Notes under the pieces: generated by a model
Seen by the model: the letters and a program-made list of their open reading frames with translations, nothing else
What the model was told of the DNA's origin: nothing
The model's database searches: none
Source of the DNA: a candidate division Kazan bacterium GW2011_GWA1_50_15
GTDB taxonomy: Bacteria; Patescibacteriota; Kazan-3B-28
Direction of reading: 5' to 3'
Assembly (NCBI GenBank): GCA_001029795.1
Contig: CP011216.1
Span: 499,580-563,579 of the forward strand
DNA: 64,000 nucleotides
Part shown: positions 40,519 to 49,288 of the stretch, in pieces
Numbering within the stretch: position 1 is the stretch's first letter
Layout of the letters: each line of letters begins with the position of its first letter
Translations under genes and position numbers: made by a program

Positions 40519-41643
40519 GTGCGTGTTGTCGCCCTCCGGCTTAATCACTTTCGGAACCTAAGTGGGCTTGACCTGTCCAGTTTGGGGCGGGCGAATGTTT
40601 TGGTGGGCAAGAATGCGCAAGGGAAGACCAATATTCTGGAGGCCATCTTTATCGCTGCCTCGGGCGAGTCGTTCCGGATGACGCAGGATAGATATTTAGT
40701 CCAAAAAGGTGAGGTGGACGCACAGGTGTTTATGGAGACGGTGACGGATGATGAGCGCGAGAAGTTCGTCCAGTTGTTTTGGGTGGTGGACGGCGAGACG
40801 GTGTCGAAATCTGTGAAACTCAATGCGCTGGTGGTGCCGCGGGCCGACTTGGTTAAAACTATCCCGGTGGTTATTTTTTCGCCGGAAGACATCGACTTGG
40901 TGCGGTTGAGCCCCAGTCATCGGCGGAAGTTTTTGAATCTGGCTATTGCTCGGCATGACGCCGAGTATCGTCAGGACCTGATGGAGTATACCCGCATCTG
41001 GCGCCAACGCAACCAACTACTCCTGCTCATCAAACAGGGGCGGGAGGCGGAGGAGGAGCTGGATGTGTGGGACAACCAGCTAGCCGAAGCCGGCGCTCGG
41101 ATAGTTCGCAAGCGGGCGGACTTTGTCTCGGATATCGCCAGGGAAGTGGGGGAGCACTATAAAACATTTGTCCCTAACGGCAATGGGGCCGAACTGCGCT
41201 TGAAGTATCAGCCCAGCATCGGCCTGCCGAACAAAAACGAATATTTAGAGTACCTGCGCCGGGTGCGGCGGTTAGACATCGCGCGGGTGACCACTACGCA
41301 TGGTATCCACCGAGACGATCTGATGTTTATTTTGAACGACAGTGATGTCCGTTATACCGCCTCGCGCGGGGAGTTCCGCAGCGCGGTGCTGGCGCTGAAG
41401 CTGGCCGAGGGGAAATATCTGCATGACAAACTCGGCGATCGGCCGGTATTTTTGCTGGATGACGCCTTTTCTGAATTAGATGACGATCGCAAGGTGGCGT
41501 TGGCGGAGGAGATCAAACGCTACCAAGTATTTGTCACCACCAACGATGCCAACATCGCCACCCTGTTCGAGCGGCCAAGGACTTATGAGGTGATAAAAGG
41601 CGCCGTAGTTGGGTCGGTGGAGGAGACGGTTAAAGGGGACTAA
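40519..41643 (+). CDS. recF: DNA replication/repair protein RecF
   Basis: FRN, GKNAQGKTNILEAI, RRKFLN, GIHRDDL, ASRGE.RS, LLDDAFSELD. Confidence 0.95.
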   Translation: MRVVALRLNHFRNLSGLDLSSLGRANVLVGKNAQGKTNILEAIFIAASGESFRMTQDRYLVQKGEVDAQVFMETVTDDEREKFVQLFWVVDGETVSKSVKLNALVVPRADLVKTIPVVIFSPEDIDLVRLSPSHRRKFLNLAIARHDAEYRQDLMEYTRIWRQRNQLLLLIKQGREAEEELDVWDNQLAEAGARIVRKRADFVSDIAREVGEHYKTFVPNGNGAELRLKYQPSIGLPNKNEYLEYLRRVRRLDIARVTTTHGIHRDDLMFILNDSDVRYTASRGEFRSAVLALKLAEGKYLHDKLGDRPVFLLDDAFSELDDDRKVALAEEIKRYQVFVTTNDANIATLFERPRTYEVIKGAVVGSVEETVKGD

Positions 41644-42617
41644 ATCTGGCAAACCGGACAGTAACGAGCAGAGCGGCCGCCGAGTTTGATGCGCTTGACC
41701 GTACCCTTACAGCCGAATTTACACGGCTCGCCCTCGCGCTCGTAGACGGCGAGGTGGTTTTGCATCTTTCCGGTCGCGCCCTCGGGCGTGCGGTGGTGGG
41801 AGATGCTGGTACCGGAGTATTTGATACCGAGCTTCAGCACTTTTAGGATGGCGGAGCGGAGCTTGCTGGCATCGGTCTTACTGATATCTTTGCCTTTGCG
41901 GGTTGGTTTGATGTGGGCGTAGAACAGGGCTTCGTCGGAATAAATGTTGCCGACGCCCGAAACCATTTTTTGGTCTAAGATGATGGATTTGATGTTGCTC
42001 TTGGGCCGGCGCTGGCAGATGTCCCAGAGATATTTGGCGGTGAAGGACTTATCGAACGGCTCTGGGCCAAGACCGGCAAAGAATTTGTCTGCAAAAATAT
42101 CTTTGGTGGGGGTGAGCTTGACCCAGCCGAACTTACGCTGGTCGTTAAAATAGAGCGTGCCATGAGTCAGTTCAAAAATCACGCGGGTGTGCGAACTGGG
42201 CATGCTCTCAAGAAAATTGGCGTCAGGATGACCGAGGTTGAGGCGTCCCTTCTCCGGTTTGTCATCCTGAACTCGTTTCAGGATCTTGCTTCTGGATGCC
42301 GAAACAAGTTCGGCATGGCGAGAGTGGGGGATGTAAATCAGCTGCCCCGTCATTTTCAGGTGAATCAAAATCGAATATCCTTTATCAAGGTCAATGATAA
42401 TACCCTTGCCACGACGAGAGGTTGTTTTGATGGTTCGCCCTAGGATTTCTTTGGGCACAGGGAAGACGGTTTTGCCGCCTACTTTCTTGGGCCTGGTGAT
42501 TTTTGGATTCCACAAAAAACTTCTAGCCGACAGAATTTCGACACTCTTAATTTTCTGCCCGACGATGTATCGGGAGAGTTCTCTTACTACCGTCTCTACT
42601 TCGGGTAACTCTGGCAT
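41640..42617 (-). CDS. mutM: Formamidopyrimidine-DNA glycosylase Fpg/MutM (contains an in-frame palindromic insert)
   Basis: MPELPEVET, RRGK, HLKMTG, DQRKFG, GVGNIYSDEAL, C-terminal Zn finger. Confidence 0.96.
   Translation of the reverse strand: MPELPEVETVVRELSRYIVGQKIKSVEILSARSFLWNPKITRPKKVGGKTVFPVPKEILGRTIKTTSRRGKGIIIDLDKGYSILIHLKMTGQLIYIPHSRHAELVSASRSKILKRVQDDKPEKGRLNLGHPDANFLESMPSSHTRVIFELTHGTLYFNDQRKFGWVKLTPTKDIFADKFFAGLGPEPFDKSFTAKYLWDICQRRPKSNIKSIILDQKMVSGVGNIYSDEALFYAHIKPTRKGKDISKTDASKLRSAILKVLKLGIKYSGTSISHHRTPEGATGKMQNHLAVYEREGEPCKFGCKGTVKRIKLGGRSARYCPVCQI
42259..42320. repeat. REP-like double palindrome (family C), in frame within mutM
   Basis: GTCATCCTGAACTCGTTTCAGGATCT...GATGCCGAAACAAGTTCGGCATGGC; intergenic relative at 48118-48169. 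Confidence 0.8.
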
Positions 42618-42695
42618 AGTGTGGCCCCCTTGGTTATTATTCCGATCCGCTAGTGGGCGGACGTCCGGGGATTCTTCCCTCCAGCTTCGGGGAGT

Positions 42696-43172
42696 TCAGG
42701 CATTTTCTTTCTTATTAAAGTCGTACCGCAGGAGGATGGTGGGCTGGCGCTGACCGTCGAAGGTCCACTCGTGCTGTTGAGGAGAGCGAAGCTTATCGTT
42801 GTTGCTGATGGCTTGGCCATCGCCGATATAAAAGCCGGTGTGTTTGTGGGGGCCGTCGGTGTATTGGACTTCGTCCCAGACGACGACATCGCCGGCTTCG
42901 GGGCTGTTTAAGTCGGCCTCGGACCAGCCAACCTCCCTCATATGCTTAACGGTATTATCTACGGTGGCGTGGCCCTCGCCTATCAGGCCGTACATCGCCA
43001 AGATGCCGGAGACGAAGGCGGCGCAGGAGAGGTCACCGTTTTTCAGCGCGTCGAACTCCTTGCCGTCCTGCTCGACATAGAGGTTGCGGAAGAGGGGAAC
43101 GCCAATAGCATTTCTTATAGTTTGGAGAAGAGACTTCTTGAGCAGGAGGCGGGGTTTGGGTTGGTCGGTCAT
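42696..43172 (-). CDS. NlpC/P60-CHAP-like Cys-His fold protein without signal peptide
   Basis: LSCAAFVS, P.AGDVVVW, HTGFYIG. Confidence 0.65.
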   Translation of the reverse strand: MTDQPKPRLLLKKSLLQTIRNAIGVPLFRNLYVEQDGKEFDALKNGDLSCAAFVSGILAMYGLIGEGHATVDNTVKHMREVGWSEADLNSPEAGDVVVWDEVQYTDGPHKHTGFYIGDGQAISNNDKLRSPQQHEWTFDGQRQPTILLRYDFNKKENA

Positions 43173-45346
43173 ACTTTTTTAGTGCCGCCCCAGTTGATAC
43201 CCGCCTCGACTTTGGCTTCGATGGGGGCGGCGAGTTTGGTGGCGGACTCCATTTGGGTCTTCACTAGTTTAGCGACTTTTTTGACATCCTTGGTCGGCAC
43301 TTCCAGCACTACTTCGTCGTGGACCTGCAGGAGCAGCTTGCTGTCTTTGCTGATTTTGGGGAGTTCTTTGGCGATATTCACCATCGCGATTTTCATAATA
43401 TCGGCGGCGGTGCCTTGGATGGGCATGTTGATAGCGGCGCGGATGGAAGCGTTGCGGACAGCTAAGATGCGGGACTTCACTTCGGGGAGGTGACGGCGGC
43501 GGCCGAACAAGGTCTCGACATAGCCGGTGGTGATGACGAAAGCGGTGACGCTATCCATATATTCTTTGATCTTGGGGTAGAGCTCGAAATACTTGGCGAT
43601 ATACCGGCGGGCTTGGAAGACGGACATATCCGTGCGGGCGGCCAGGCCGAAAGCGGAGACACCGTAGATGATGCCGAAGTTGATGACTTTGGCGTTGCGG
43701 CGCATGGCCGGGGTAACATCTTTGGGTTTGACGCCATTCACCTCGGCGGCGGTCATGGTGTGGATGTCTTTGCCCTTCTTGAAGATGCCCAGCATCGTTT
43801 TGTCATGGGCCAACGATGCAACCACCCGCAGCTCGATTTGGGAGTAGTCGGCGGAAATTAACCGAAAGCCCTTGGGGGCGATGAAGGCCTTGCGGATTTC
43901 CGCACCTAAGTCACTTCGAATGGGGATGTTTTGGAGGTTGGGGTCTTTGGAAGACAGTCGGCCGGTGGAGGTATCTTGGGCGTAGGTGGTGTGGACACGG
44001 TCCTGCTTATCTACTAGTTTAGGCAAAGTTTCGAGGTAGGTGTTGCGCAGTTTCTCCAACTGACGGTACTCCAAAATGTGTTTGATGACGGGATGCTCGC
44101 TGTAGATCTTTTCCAGTTCCGAGACGGCGGTGGAGTATCCCGATTTCCCCTTGGTTAGGCCTTGGGCGGGGAGTTTTAATGTCTTAAACAAGAACTCGGC
44201 CAGTTGTTGGGGCGAGGAGATGTTGAACTCCTTTTTGCTGTATTTAAAGATGTTGGAGCGAAGGCGCTTGAGGCGGGCGGAGATCTGCTCATTGAGGGCG
44301 TGAAGACGCTTCAAGTCCACCATAATGCCGGCGCGCTCCATCTTGCGCAAGACCGGCTCGACCTTGGCATCGAGCTTTTGGATGAAGTCCTTTTGCCCAG
44401 CGCCCTTTACTTCGCGGGGCTGGGCCGACTTAAAAAATGATGCTTGGTGTCCGCCCACTGGCGGAGTGGTCAGCGTGCCTTTGGGGACTTTGTCTATCAA
44501 CGAACGGAAGTCGAGCTCGTAGAACAAGTCGCGAACTTTGTTGGCGTCAAACTCCACGGCTTCGGCTTTTTTGAGATCCAGCTTGATGGGGACATCGGCG
44601 CGGATGGTGGCGAGACCTTTGCTCTGCAGGGCCTGCTGTTTATGCTCGCGCAGGAGGTCGCCGGTGCGGCCGGTGATTTTGTCGATGTGTTTATAAATGC
44701 CCTCCATCGAGCCGTATTCGATGAGCAGTTTGCGGGCGCTGACTTCGCCGATGCCGGGCACGCCGGGGATGTTGTCCGAGGGGTCGCCGCGCAGACCCTT
44801 GAAGTCCACCCATTGGGAGGGTTTCAGACCCTTGGTCTTTAAGACCTCGGCGGGGTCATAGACGACAATGTCGGCAAAACCCTTGCGGGGGGCATAGACA
44901 AAAGTGTCGTTGTCCACTAATTGCAGGGCGTCCATATCGCCGGTGGCGATGTAGGTTTCGATGCTAGAGGGGGTCTGTTTGGAGAGGGTGCCAATGATGT
45001 CGTCCGCCTCAAAGCCGTCTTTCAAGAACATCGGGATGTTGAAGGTCTCGACCAATTTTTGGATGGCAGGGATTTGGTCGTAGAGTTCCTGTGGGGCCTT
45101 GATGCGGGTGGCCTTATATTCTTTATATTCCTCGTGGCGGAAGGTCGGGGCCTGGGTATCGAAAGCCACAGCAATGTAATCCGGCTTCAGCTTGGTGAAG
45201 ATATTTAGAAGCATCGAAGCGAAGCCGTAGATGGCCCCGCTGGGTTTGCCCTGGGGGGTGGTCAAGTTGGCCTGGGCGAAGGCGTGAAAGGCCCGGTGGA
45301 CGAGGGCATTGCCATCGATGAGAACGAGTTTTTTCTTGGCTGTCAT
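43169..45346 (-). CDS. polA: DNA polymerase I (5' nuclease + polymerase; proofreading domain absent)
   Basis: LIDGNALVHRAFHA, EADD, GDPSDNIPGV, ADYSQIELR, KVINFGIIYG, VHDE; start reassigned to ATG 45346, 6 nt after TATAAT. Confidence 0.96.
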   Translation of the reverse strand: MTAKKKLVLIDGNALVHRAFHAFAQANLTTPQGKPSGAIYGFASMLLNIFTKLKPDYIAVAFDTQAPTFRHEEYKEYKATRIKAPQELYDQIPAIQKLVETFNIPMFLKDGFEADDIIGTLSKQTPSSIETYIATGDMDALQLVDNDTFVYAPRKGFADIVVYDPAEVLKTKGLKPSQWVDFKGLRGDPSDNIPGVPGIGEVSARKLLIEYGSMEGIYKHIDKITGRTGDLLREHKQQALQSKGLATIRADVPIKLDLKKAEAVEFDANKVRDLFYELDFRSLIDKVPKGTLTTPPVGGHQASFFKSAQPREVKGAGQKDFIQKLDAKVEPVLRKMERAGIMVDLKRLHALNEQISARLKRLRSNIFKYSKKEFNISSPQQLAEFLFKTLKLPAQGLTKGKSGYSTAVSELEKIYSEHPVIKHILEYRQLEKLRNTYLETLPKLVDKQDRVHTTYAQDTSTGRLSSKDPNLQNIPIRSDLGAEIRKAFIAPKGFRLISADYSQIELRVVASLAHDKTMLGIFKKGKDIHTMTAAEVNGVKPKDVTPAMRRNAKVINFGIIYGVSAFGLAARTDMSVFQARRYIAKYFELYPKIKEYMDSVTAFVITTGYVETLFGRRRHLPEVKSRILAVRNASIRAAINMPIQGTAADIMKIAMVNIAKELPKISKDSKLLLQVHDEVVLEVPTKDVKKVAKLVKTQMESATKLAAPIEAKVEAGINWGGTKKV

Positions 45347-45381
45347 ATGTTTATTATACCCCCCGCCTGGGGGTAGACGGC

Positions 45382-45579
45382 GAGCGCTAAACGGCGCTCG
45401 ATCCGTTGCCACTTTGTCTTGCCAAAGTGGCGCAAAGCGTGGCCCTGGCGGCTCCGGCTCTATTCATTGGCTAAATCGCTGGGCGCTCCCGCCGAACTCG
45501 GTCGCCACGGCGACCTCAGACATGCGGCTCCGCCCCAAACGATTTAGCTCAATTCAGGACGAGCCTACGCCGATGGGCC
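45382..45579. repeat. Structured element family B, copy 1 (candidate ncRNA or ssDNA element)
   Basis: Homologous to 52516-52718, with compensatory stem changes and conserved loops. Confidence 0.8.
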
Positions 45580-45675
45580 AAGTTGGGAGAGATGCAGTTT
45601 GCTCGATGGGTCCCAATAAGACCAAAGCGGCTATCCGTCGAAGGGCCGGTAAAGAAAGGGAGAGGGAGGGCAAGA

Positions 45676-45702
45676 AAAAGGCCTCCGGAGGGGAGGCCTT
45701 TT
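45676..45702. terminator. Terminator-like hairpin with A and T tails
   Basis: AAAAGGCCTCC-loop-GGAGGCCTTTT. Confidence 0.65.
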
Positions 45703-45711
45703 GTTCTGTGG

Positions 45712-45803
45712 GGTGGAGAGGGGAGCAGAGCCACTAGCCCTTCAGGGTCGGCTTTTGCCGATGGCTCGATGAGGGGAGAACACACCCTCGTTCGCCCCTC
45801 ATA
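45712..45803. repeat. Structured repeat family A, single clean unit
   Basis: GAGCCA/TGGCTC stem enclosing two hairpins, then ATGAGGGGAGAAC/GTTCGCCCCTCAT hairpin; matches 10755-10926. Confidence 0.75.
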
Positions 45804-45804
45804 G

Positions 45805-46656
45805 CTAACTCACGGCATAAGTCAATGTGACATTGACCGTGGTCTGCAAGCTGCCGGGTTGGACGCTAGGGGCGATATCACCGCCGCCCTTGCCGCCCAG
45901 ACCGTAGTACTGGTCGGGACTTTGGGAGTACTCGGTGATGCTGACTAACCGTCCCAAACTGACACCGGCATCCGAGGCCATCTGCTTGGCTTTCTCCTTG
46001 GCTTTTTTGATGGCGTCACTGCGGGCATCGGCTAGGGTCTTGTCCATATCCTCGACGGTGAACGAAACATCATTGATCTCGTTAACTCCGGCATTGGTAA
46101 TGGCGACTAAAATGTCGTCAACTTGGTTTAAGCCGCGAACGGTCAGGGTGAGGGTGTGCCGGCCCGTGTATGAGAGCGTGCGTGGCGAAACCCCGGAGCG
46201 AAAGTCCTGGTTCGGGTAGAGGGTAAAGTCAGTGGTCTGGAAATCCTTGTCTTTGATGTTGAACGGGTCAAGGGCTGTTTTGACATTCGTGATGGCAGAG
46301 TTGAGTTGGTCCTCGACCACTGCGACTGTGGCGGCGGTCTTACTTACGCCAAAAGTTAATTTGGCCACATCGGGAGTGATGTAAGCGGTGCTGTCAGCGT
46401 TGGCTACGATGCCCTCGGGCTGGTTAGTAGCAGAGCCGCTGTTGCGCAGTTGATTTAAGCCGACAAAAGCGATCATCACCACAGCTACGATGGCGACCAA
46501 ACCGAATAGTGCGCCGCTGCCTTTGTTGGGGCGGAGTTGCTGTGGGGCGAAGTTAGACATTGGCGGCGGAGGCGGGGGAGTTGGCCGCGGCGGCACGAAC
46601 GAGGTTGGCGGCTGATTGCTGTCGATGGGATTTAGATTGGCGTCGAATTCTACCAT
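45805..46656 (-). CDS. SIMPL (DUF541) domain protein with Pro-rich N-terminus and TM segment
   Basis: PDVAKLTFGV, A..DAIKKAKEKA..MA...GVSLG.LVSITE, QPG...V.VTLTY. Confidence 0.9.
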   Translation of the reverse strand: MVEFDANLNPIDSNQPPTSFVPPRPTPPPPPPMSNFAPQQLRPNKGSGALFGLVAIVAVVMIAFVGLNQLRNSGSATNQPEGIVANADSTAYITPDVAKLTFGVSKTAATVAVVEDQLNSAITNVKTALDPFNIKDKDFQTTDFTLYPNQDFRSGVSPRTLSYTGRHTLTLTVRGLNQVDDILVAITNAGVNEINDVSFTVEDMDKTLADARSDAIKKAKEKAKQMASDAGVSLGRLVSITEYSQSPDQYYGLGGKGGGDIAPSVQPGSLQTTVNVTLTYAVS

Positions 46657-46686
46657 AGGGCTCCTTTCTGGGGATAGTTATATAAA

Positions 46687-46756
46687 CAATTACAAGTTAA
46701 AAGTTACAAATTACAAATCGGGTCGGTTTTTAATTTTTAATTTGTACTTTTTAATT
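46687..46756. repeat. 7-nt-periodic AT-rich inverted repeat with no ORF (family D)
   Basis: AATTACAAGTTAAAAGTTACAAATTACAAA, 9-nt spacer, TTTTTAATTTTTAATTTGTACTTTTTAATT. Confidence 0.7.
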
Positions 46757-46782
46757 CGTCTGGCCGAGAATGGTCTGACGGT

Positions 46783-48105
46783 TTATTGTAGCAAAGATTT
46801 GATGAAGGCGCGTTCGTCGTAGGGCACCATCCCTTGTTTGGTAGCCATTTTGGTCTGGGCGCCGAGGGCCAAAAACAGGACGGTGTCGCCGGGTTGGGCT
46901 AATCCCAGGGCGTAGCGGACTGCCTCTTTGCGGGAAACAACGATGTGGAGGTTGTCACCCTTATGGAACTTATCTGCGATGCCGGGCCGGATCTGGTTGA
47001 TGATATTGGTCGGGTCTTCACTGCCCGGGTCCTCTTCGGTCAGGATGATAATGTCGGCGAAATCGCTGGCGATTTTCCCCAAAGTTGGGCGCTTGGTCTT
47101 ATCCCGGTCGCCAGTGGCGCCGAAGACGGCGATTAAGCGTTTGGGCGAGAAGGTGCGCACGGCTGAAAAAACTTTCTCGAAACCATCAGGGGTATGAGCA
47201 TAGTCGCAGATGACGGTGAAGGGTTGACCGACATCGATCCGCTCCATCCGGCCGGGAACATTGGTGATCGATTCCAGACCTTGTTTAATAACGTGGAGCG
47301 GGATGCCAAGAGCAAAGGCGGCACTGGCGGCTGCTAGCGCATTTTGGACATTAAAGACACCGGGGAGGTGTAGGCGAACGGTCGTTGCCCCGGCGGGCGT
47401 GCGCATTTCGAACGAACTGCCGGTCGGATCGAGTTGTAGGGTGGTGGCAGTTAGAGAACTTTCGCGCGTTTCAGCCGGCAATTCTTTTTCAACGGTGTAG
47501 TAGAAGGTATTGTCGGTTGGGTATTGAGCAAAGTAGGTCGAGACGGGGTCATCGAAGTTCAGCACCATCACTTTGGGAACGCCGGGCTGGCGAGGGGAGG
47601 CGTAGAGTTCGCGGAAGAGTTTAGCTTTGGCGTCGCGGTACTCTTCAAAACTGCGGTGATAGTCAAAGTGGTCTTGGGTCAGATTGGTGAAGACAGCGAC
47701 ATCGTAAAAGATGCCCCAAGTGCGATGTTGGGCCAGCGCATGTGAGGAGGTTTCAATGACGGCATACTTGCATTTGGCGTCCGCCATGCGACGGAGTAAT
47801 CCCTGCAGAGCAAAGGGGCTTTGGGTGGTCATTTTGCTTTCATTCACCCAGCGCTTGTCGCCAATCCAAAAGTTGACGGTGGTAGCCAGGCCGACTTTGG
47901 CCCCACTGACGGCCAAGATGTGGGCTAGCAGGTTGCAAGTGGTGGTTTTGCCGTTAGTGCCGGTAACACCAATGACAGTCATCTGTTGGGACGGGAAGCC
48001 CTTGAGAGTCGAAGCCAAAATACCTCGACTTTTGTGGTAGACATTATAGAGAAAGGTATCAGGGGCGAAGGCCCGACCAAGAATTTTTTTGAGTAGTTTC
48101 TTCAT
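46783..48105 (-). CDS. murE: UDP-MurNAc-tripeptide synthetase MurE
   Basis: GVTGTNGKTTT, ETSSHAL, FTNLTQDHFDYH, VPGRME, DYAHTPD, G.RDKTKRP. Confidence 0.93.
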   Translation of the reverse strand: MKKLLKKILGRAFAPDTFLYNVYHKSRGILASTLKGFPSQQMTVIGVTGTNGKTTTCNLLAHILAVSGAKVGLATTVNFWIGDKRWVNESKMTTQSPFALQGLLRRMADAKCKYAVIETSSHALAQHRTWGIFYDVAVFTNLTQDHFDYHRSFEEYRDAKAKLFRELYASPRQPGVPKVMVLNFDDPVSTYFAQYPTDNTFYYTVEKELPAETRESSLTATTLQLDPTGSSFEMRTPAGATTVRLHLPGVFNVQNALAAASAAFALGIPLHVIKQGLESITNVPGRMERIDVGQPFTVICDYAHTPDGFEKVFSAVRTFSPKRLIAVFGATGDRDKTKRPTLGKIASDFADIIILTEEDPGSEDPTNIINQIRPGIADKFHKGDNLHIVVSRKEAVRYALGLAQPGDTVLFLALGAQTKMATKQGMVPYDERAFIKSLLQ

Positions 48106-48117
48106 ATGTAATTTCCC

Positions 48118-48169
48118 GTCATTCTGAACTTGTTTCAGAATCTGGATCCTGAAATGAATTCAGGATGAC
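48118..48169. repeat. REP-like double palindrome (family C), intergenic
   Basis: GTCATTCTGAACTTGTTTCAGAATCT-GGATCCTGAAATGAATTCAGGATGAC. Confidence 0.8.
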
Positions 48170-48177
48170 AAACGGGG

Positions 48178-49227
48178 TTAATGCCAGCGGCTGATGATGC
48201 TATATAACCGGTAGAGCGAGGGGTTCAATGGCAACTCGAGCGTACCTATATATTCTACCGCTTGTCCACCAAAGCCTTGTTTGAATCGAGTGATGCCGGC
48301 CCATGAGTGATTGGGGTTGGGGTGAATTCCACCAAGGTCATAAAACCGCATCCCCCGACGCTTGGCCATGATCATCCCGAACCAATGCAGCAAGTAGGGG
48401 GCCATTAGATTTTTATAAGTGTCACTGGAGGCCCCATGGACATAAGTGGTGGTGTCGCCGAAGGTTACCAGAAAGATACCGCCAAGCTGTACGTCGTTAA
48501 CAGTTTTCTCGTCGACATCAAAAAGCTTTTCGGCAAATAGGAGATCTCCCATCCCGGCTTGATGGAGGGTGTGGATCTGGGTGGTGTAGTAGTTCGCCGA
48601 GTGGGGAGTAAAGCCCTGGCGTTGCCCGGTTTGGGTGGCTAGCCGGGCGAATTCTTTAATGTCTCCTTCGCCGGTATCGGATCTAATTAAAACTTCGTGC
48701 TTAGTCGCTACGCTGATGTTGTAGCGAGTTTTGGGCTTCATCTGTTGGCGCAAGACCTCGTCGCTGGTGTCTAAGTTCACCAGCTGAATGTGGCGGGGCT
48801 GGATATCTTTATTTGGGTTGAGAATAAATTTGTGGGAGCGGTAAAAAGATAGGGTTAGCGCGTCGTGGGCAAAGGCGTTGGGGTCGATACGGAAGAGGAG
48901 AGTTTTGGTGCTGGCGCCGATGCGCGCGATTTCTTGCACTAGCAATCTAGCGCTGTCTTGTTGGAGTTGAGCGGAGAGGCGTTTATTGACGATACTACCG
49001 CGAGGGGAGTAGAGGATACCCCAACCGAAGCCGAGAGCTAGTCGCAAGACGAGAAGTTGGTTAATGATCTCGCCATCGTGTTCGACGGCTAGCCGCCAGA
49101 TCGGGTTGCCAAGCTTTTGTTGGAACTCGCCCCAAGCCCAACTCTGCAAAAAATGCCGATCGGGTCGGGCAAGTAAAGCGGCGTCCCATATCTCCTGGGT
49201 GAGGGCTGCTGGGGGGAGGAGGTTCAT
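48178..49227 (-). CDS. FemABX-family peptidyltransferase
   Basis: HFLQSWAWGEF, YSPRG, MKPKTRYNI, Y.HGASS, APYLLHW, YDLGGI, GITRFKQGFGG. Confidence 0.9.
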   Translation of the reverse strand: MNLLPPAALTQEIWDAALLARPDRHFLQSWAWGEFQQKLGNPIWRLAVEHDGEIINQLLVLRLALGFGWGILYSPRGSIVNKRLSAQLQQDSARLLVQEIARIGASTKTLLFRIDPNAFAHDALTLSFYRSHKFILNPNKDIQPRHIQLVNLDTSDEVLRQQMKPKTRYNISVATKHEVLIRSDTGEGDIKEFARLATQTGQRQGFTPHSANYYTTQIHTLHQAGMGDLLFAEKLFDVDEKTVNDVQLGGIFLVTFGDTTTYVHGASSDTYKNLMAPYLLHWFGMIMAKRRGMRFYDLGGIHPNPNHSWAGITRFKQGFGGQAVEYIGTLELPLNPSLYRLYSIISRWH

Positions 49228-49288
49228 ACCCGTATTATAGCAGAAAAGTGGCTTCTGGACTGTTCTTTCTATGCTATAATTTGCTCAC
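49228..49288. promoter_or_regulatory. Divergent extended -10 promoters close to both start codons
   Basis: TGCTATAAT-6 nt-ATG on the minus strand (femABX) and TGCTATAAT-8 nt-ATG on the plus strand (tsaD). Confidence 0.7.

Noticed and set aside
42646-42661. Small hairpin TCCGC-TAGTGG-GCGGA upstream of mutM
   Set aside because: Single short occurrence in the window; it cannot be distinguished from chance or a terminator remnant.
45309-45804. ORFs 45309-45737, 45549-45785 and 45583-45804
   Set aside because: They run through structured repeats whose conservation is in base pairing, not codons.
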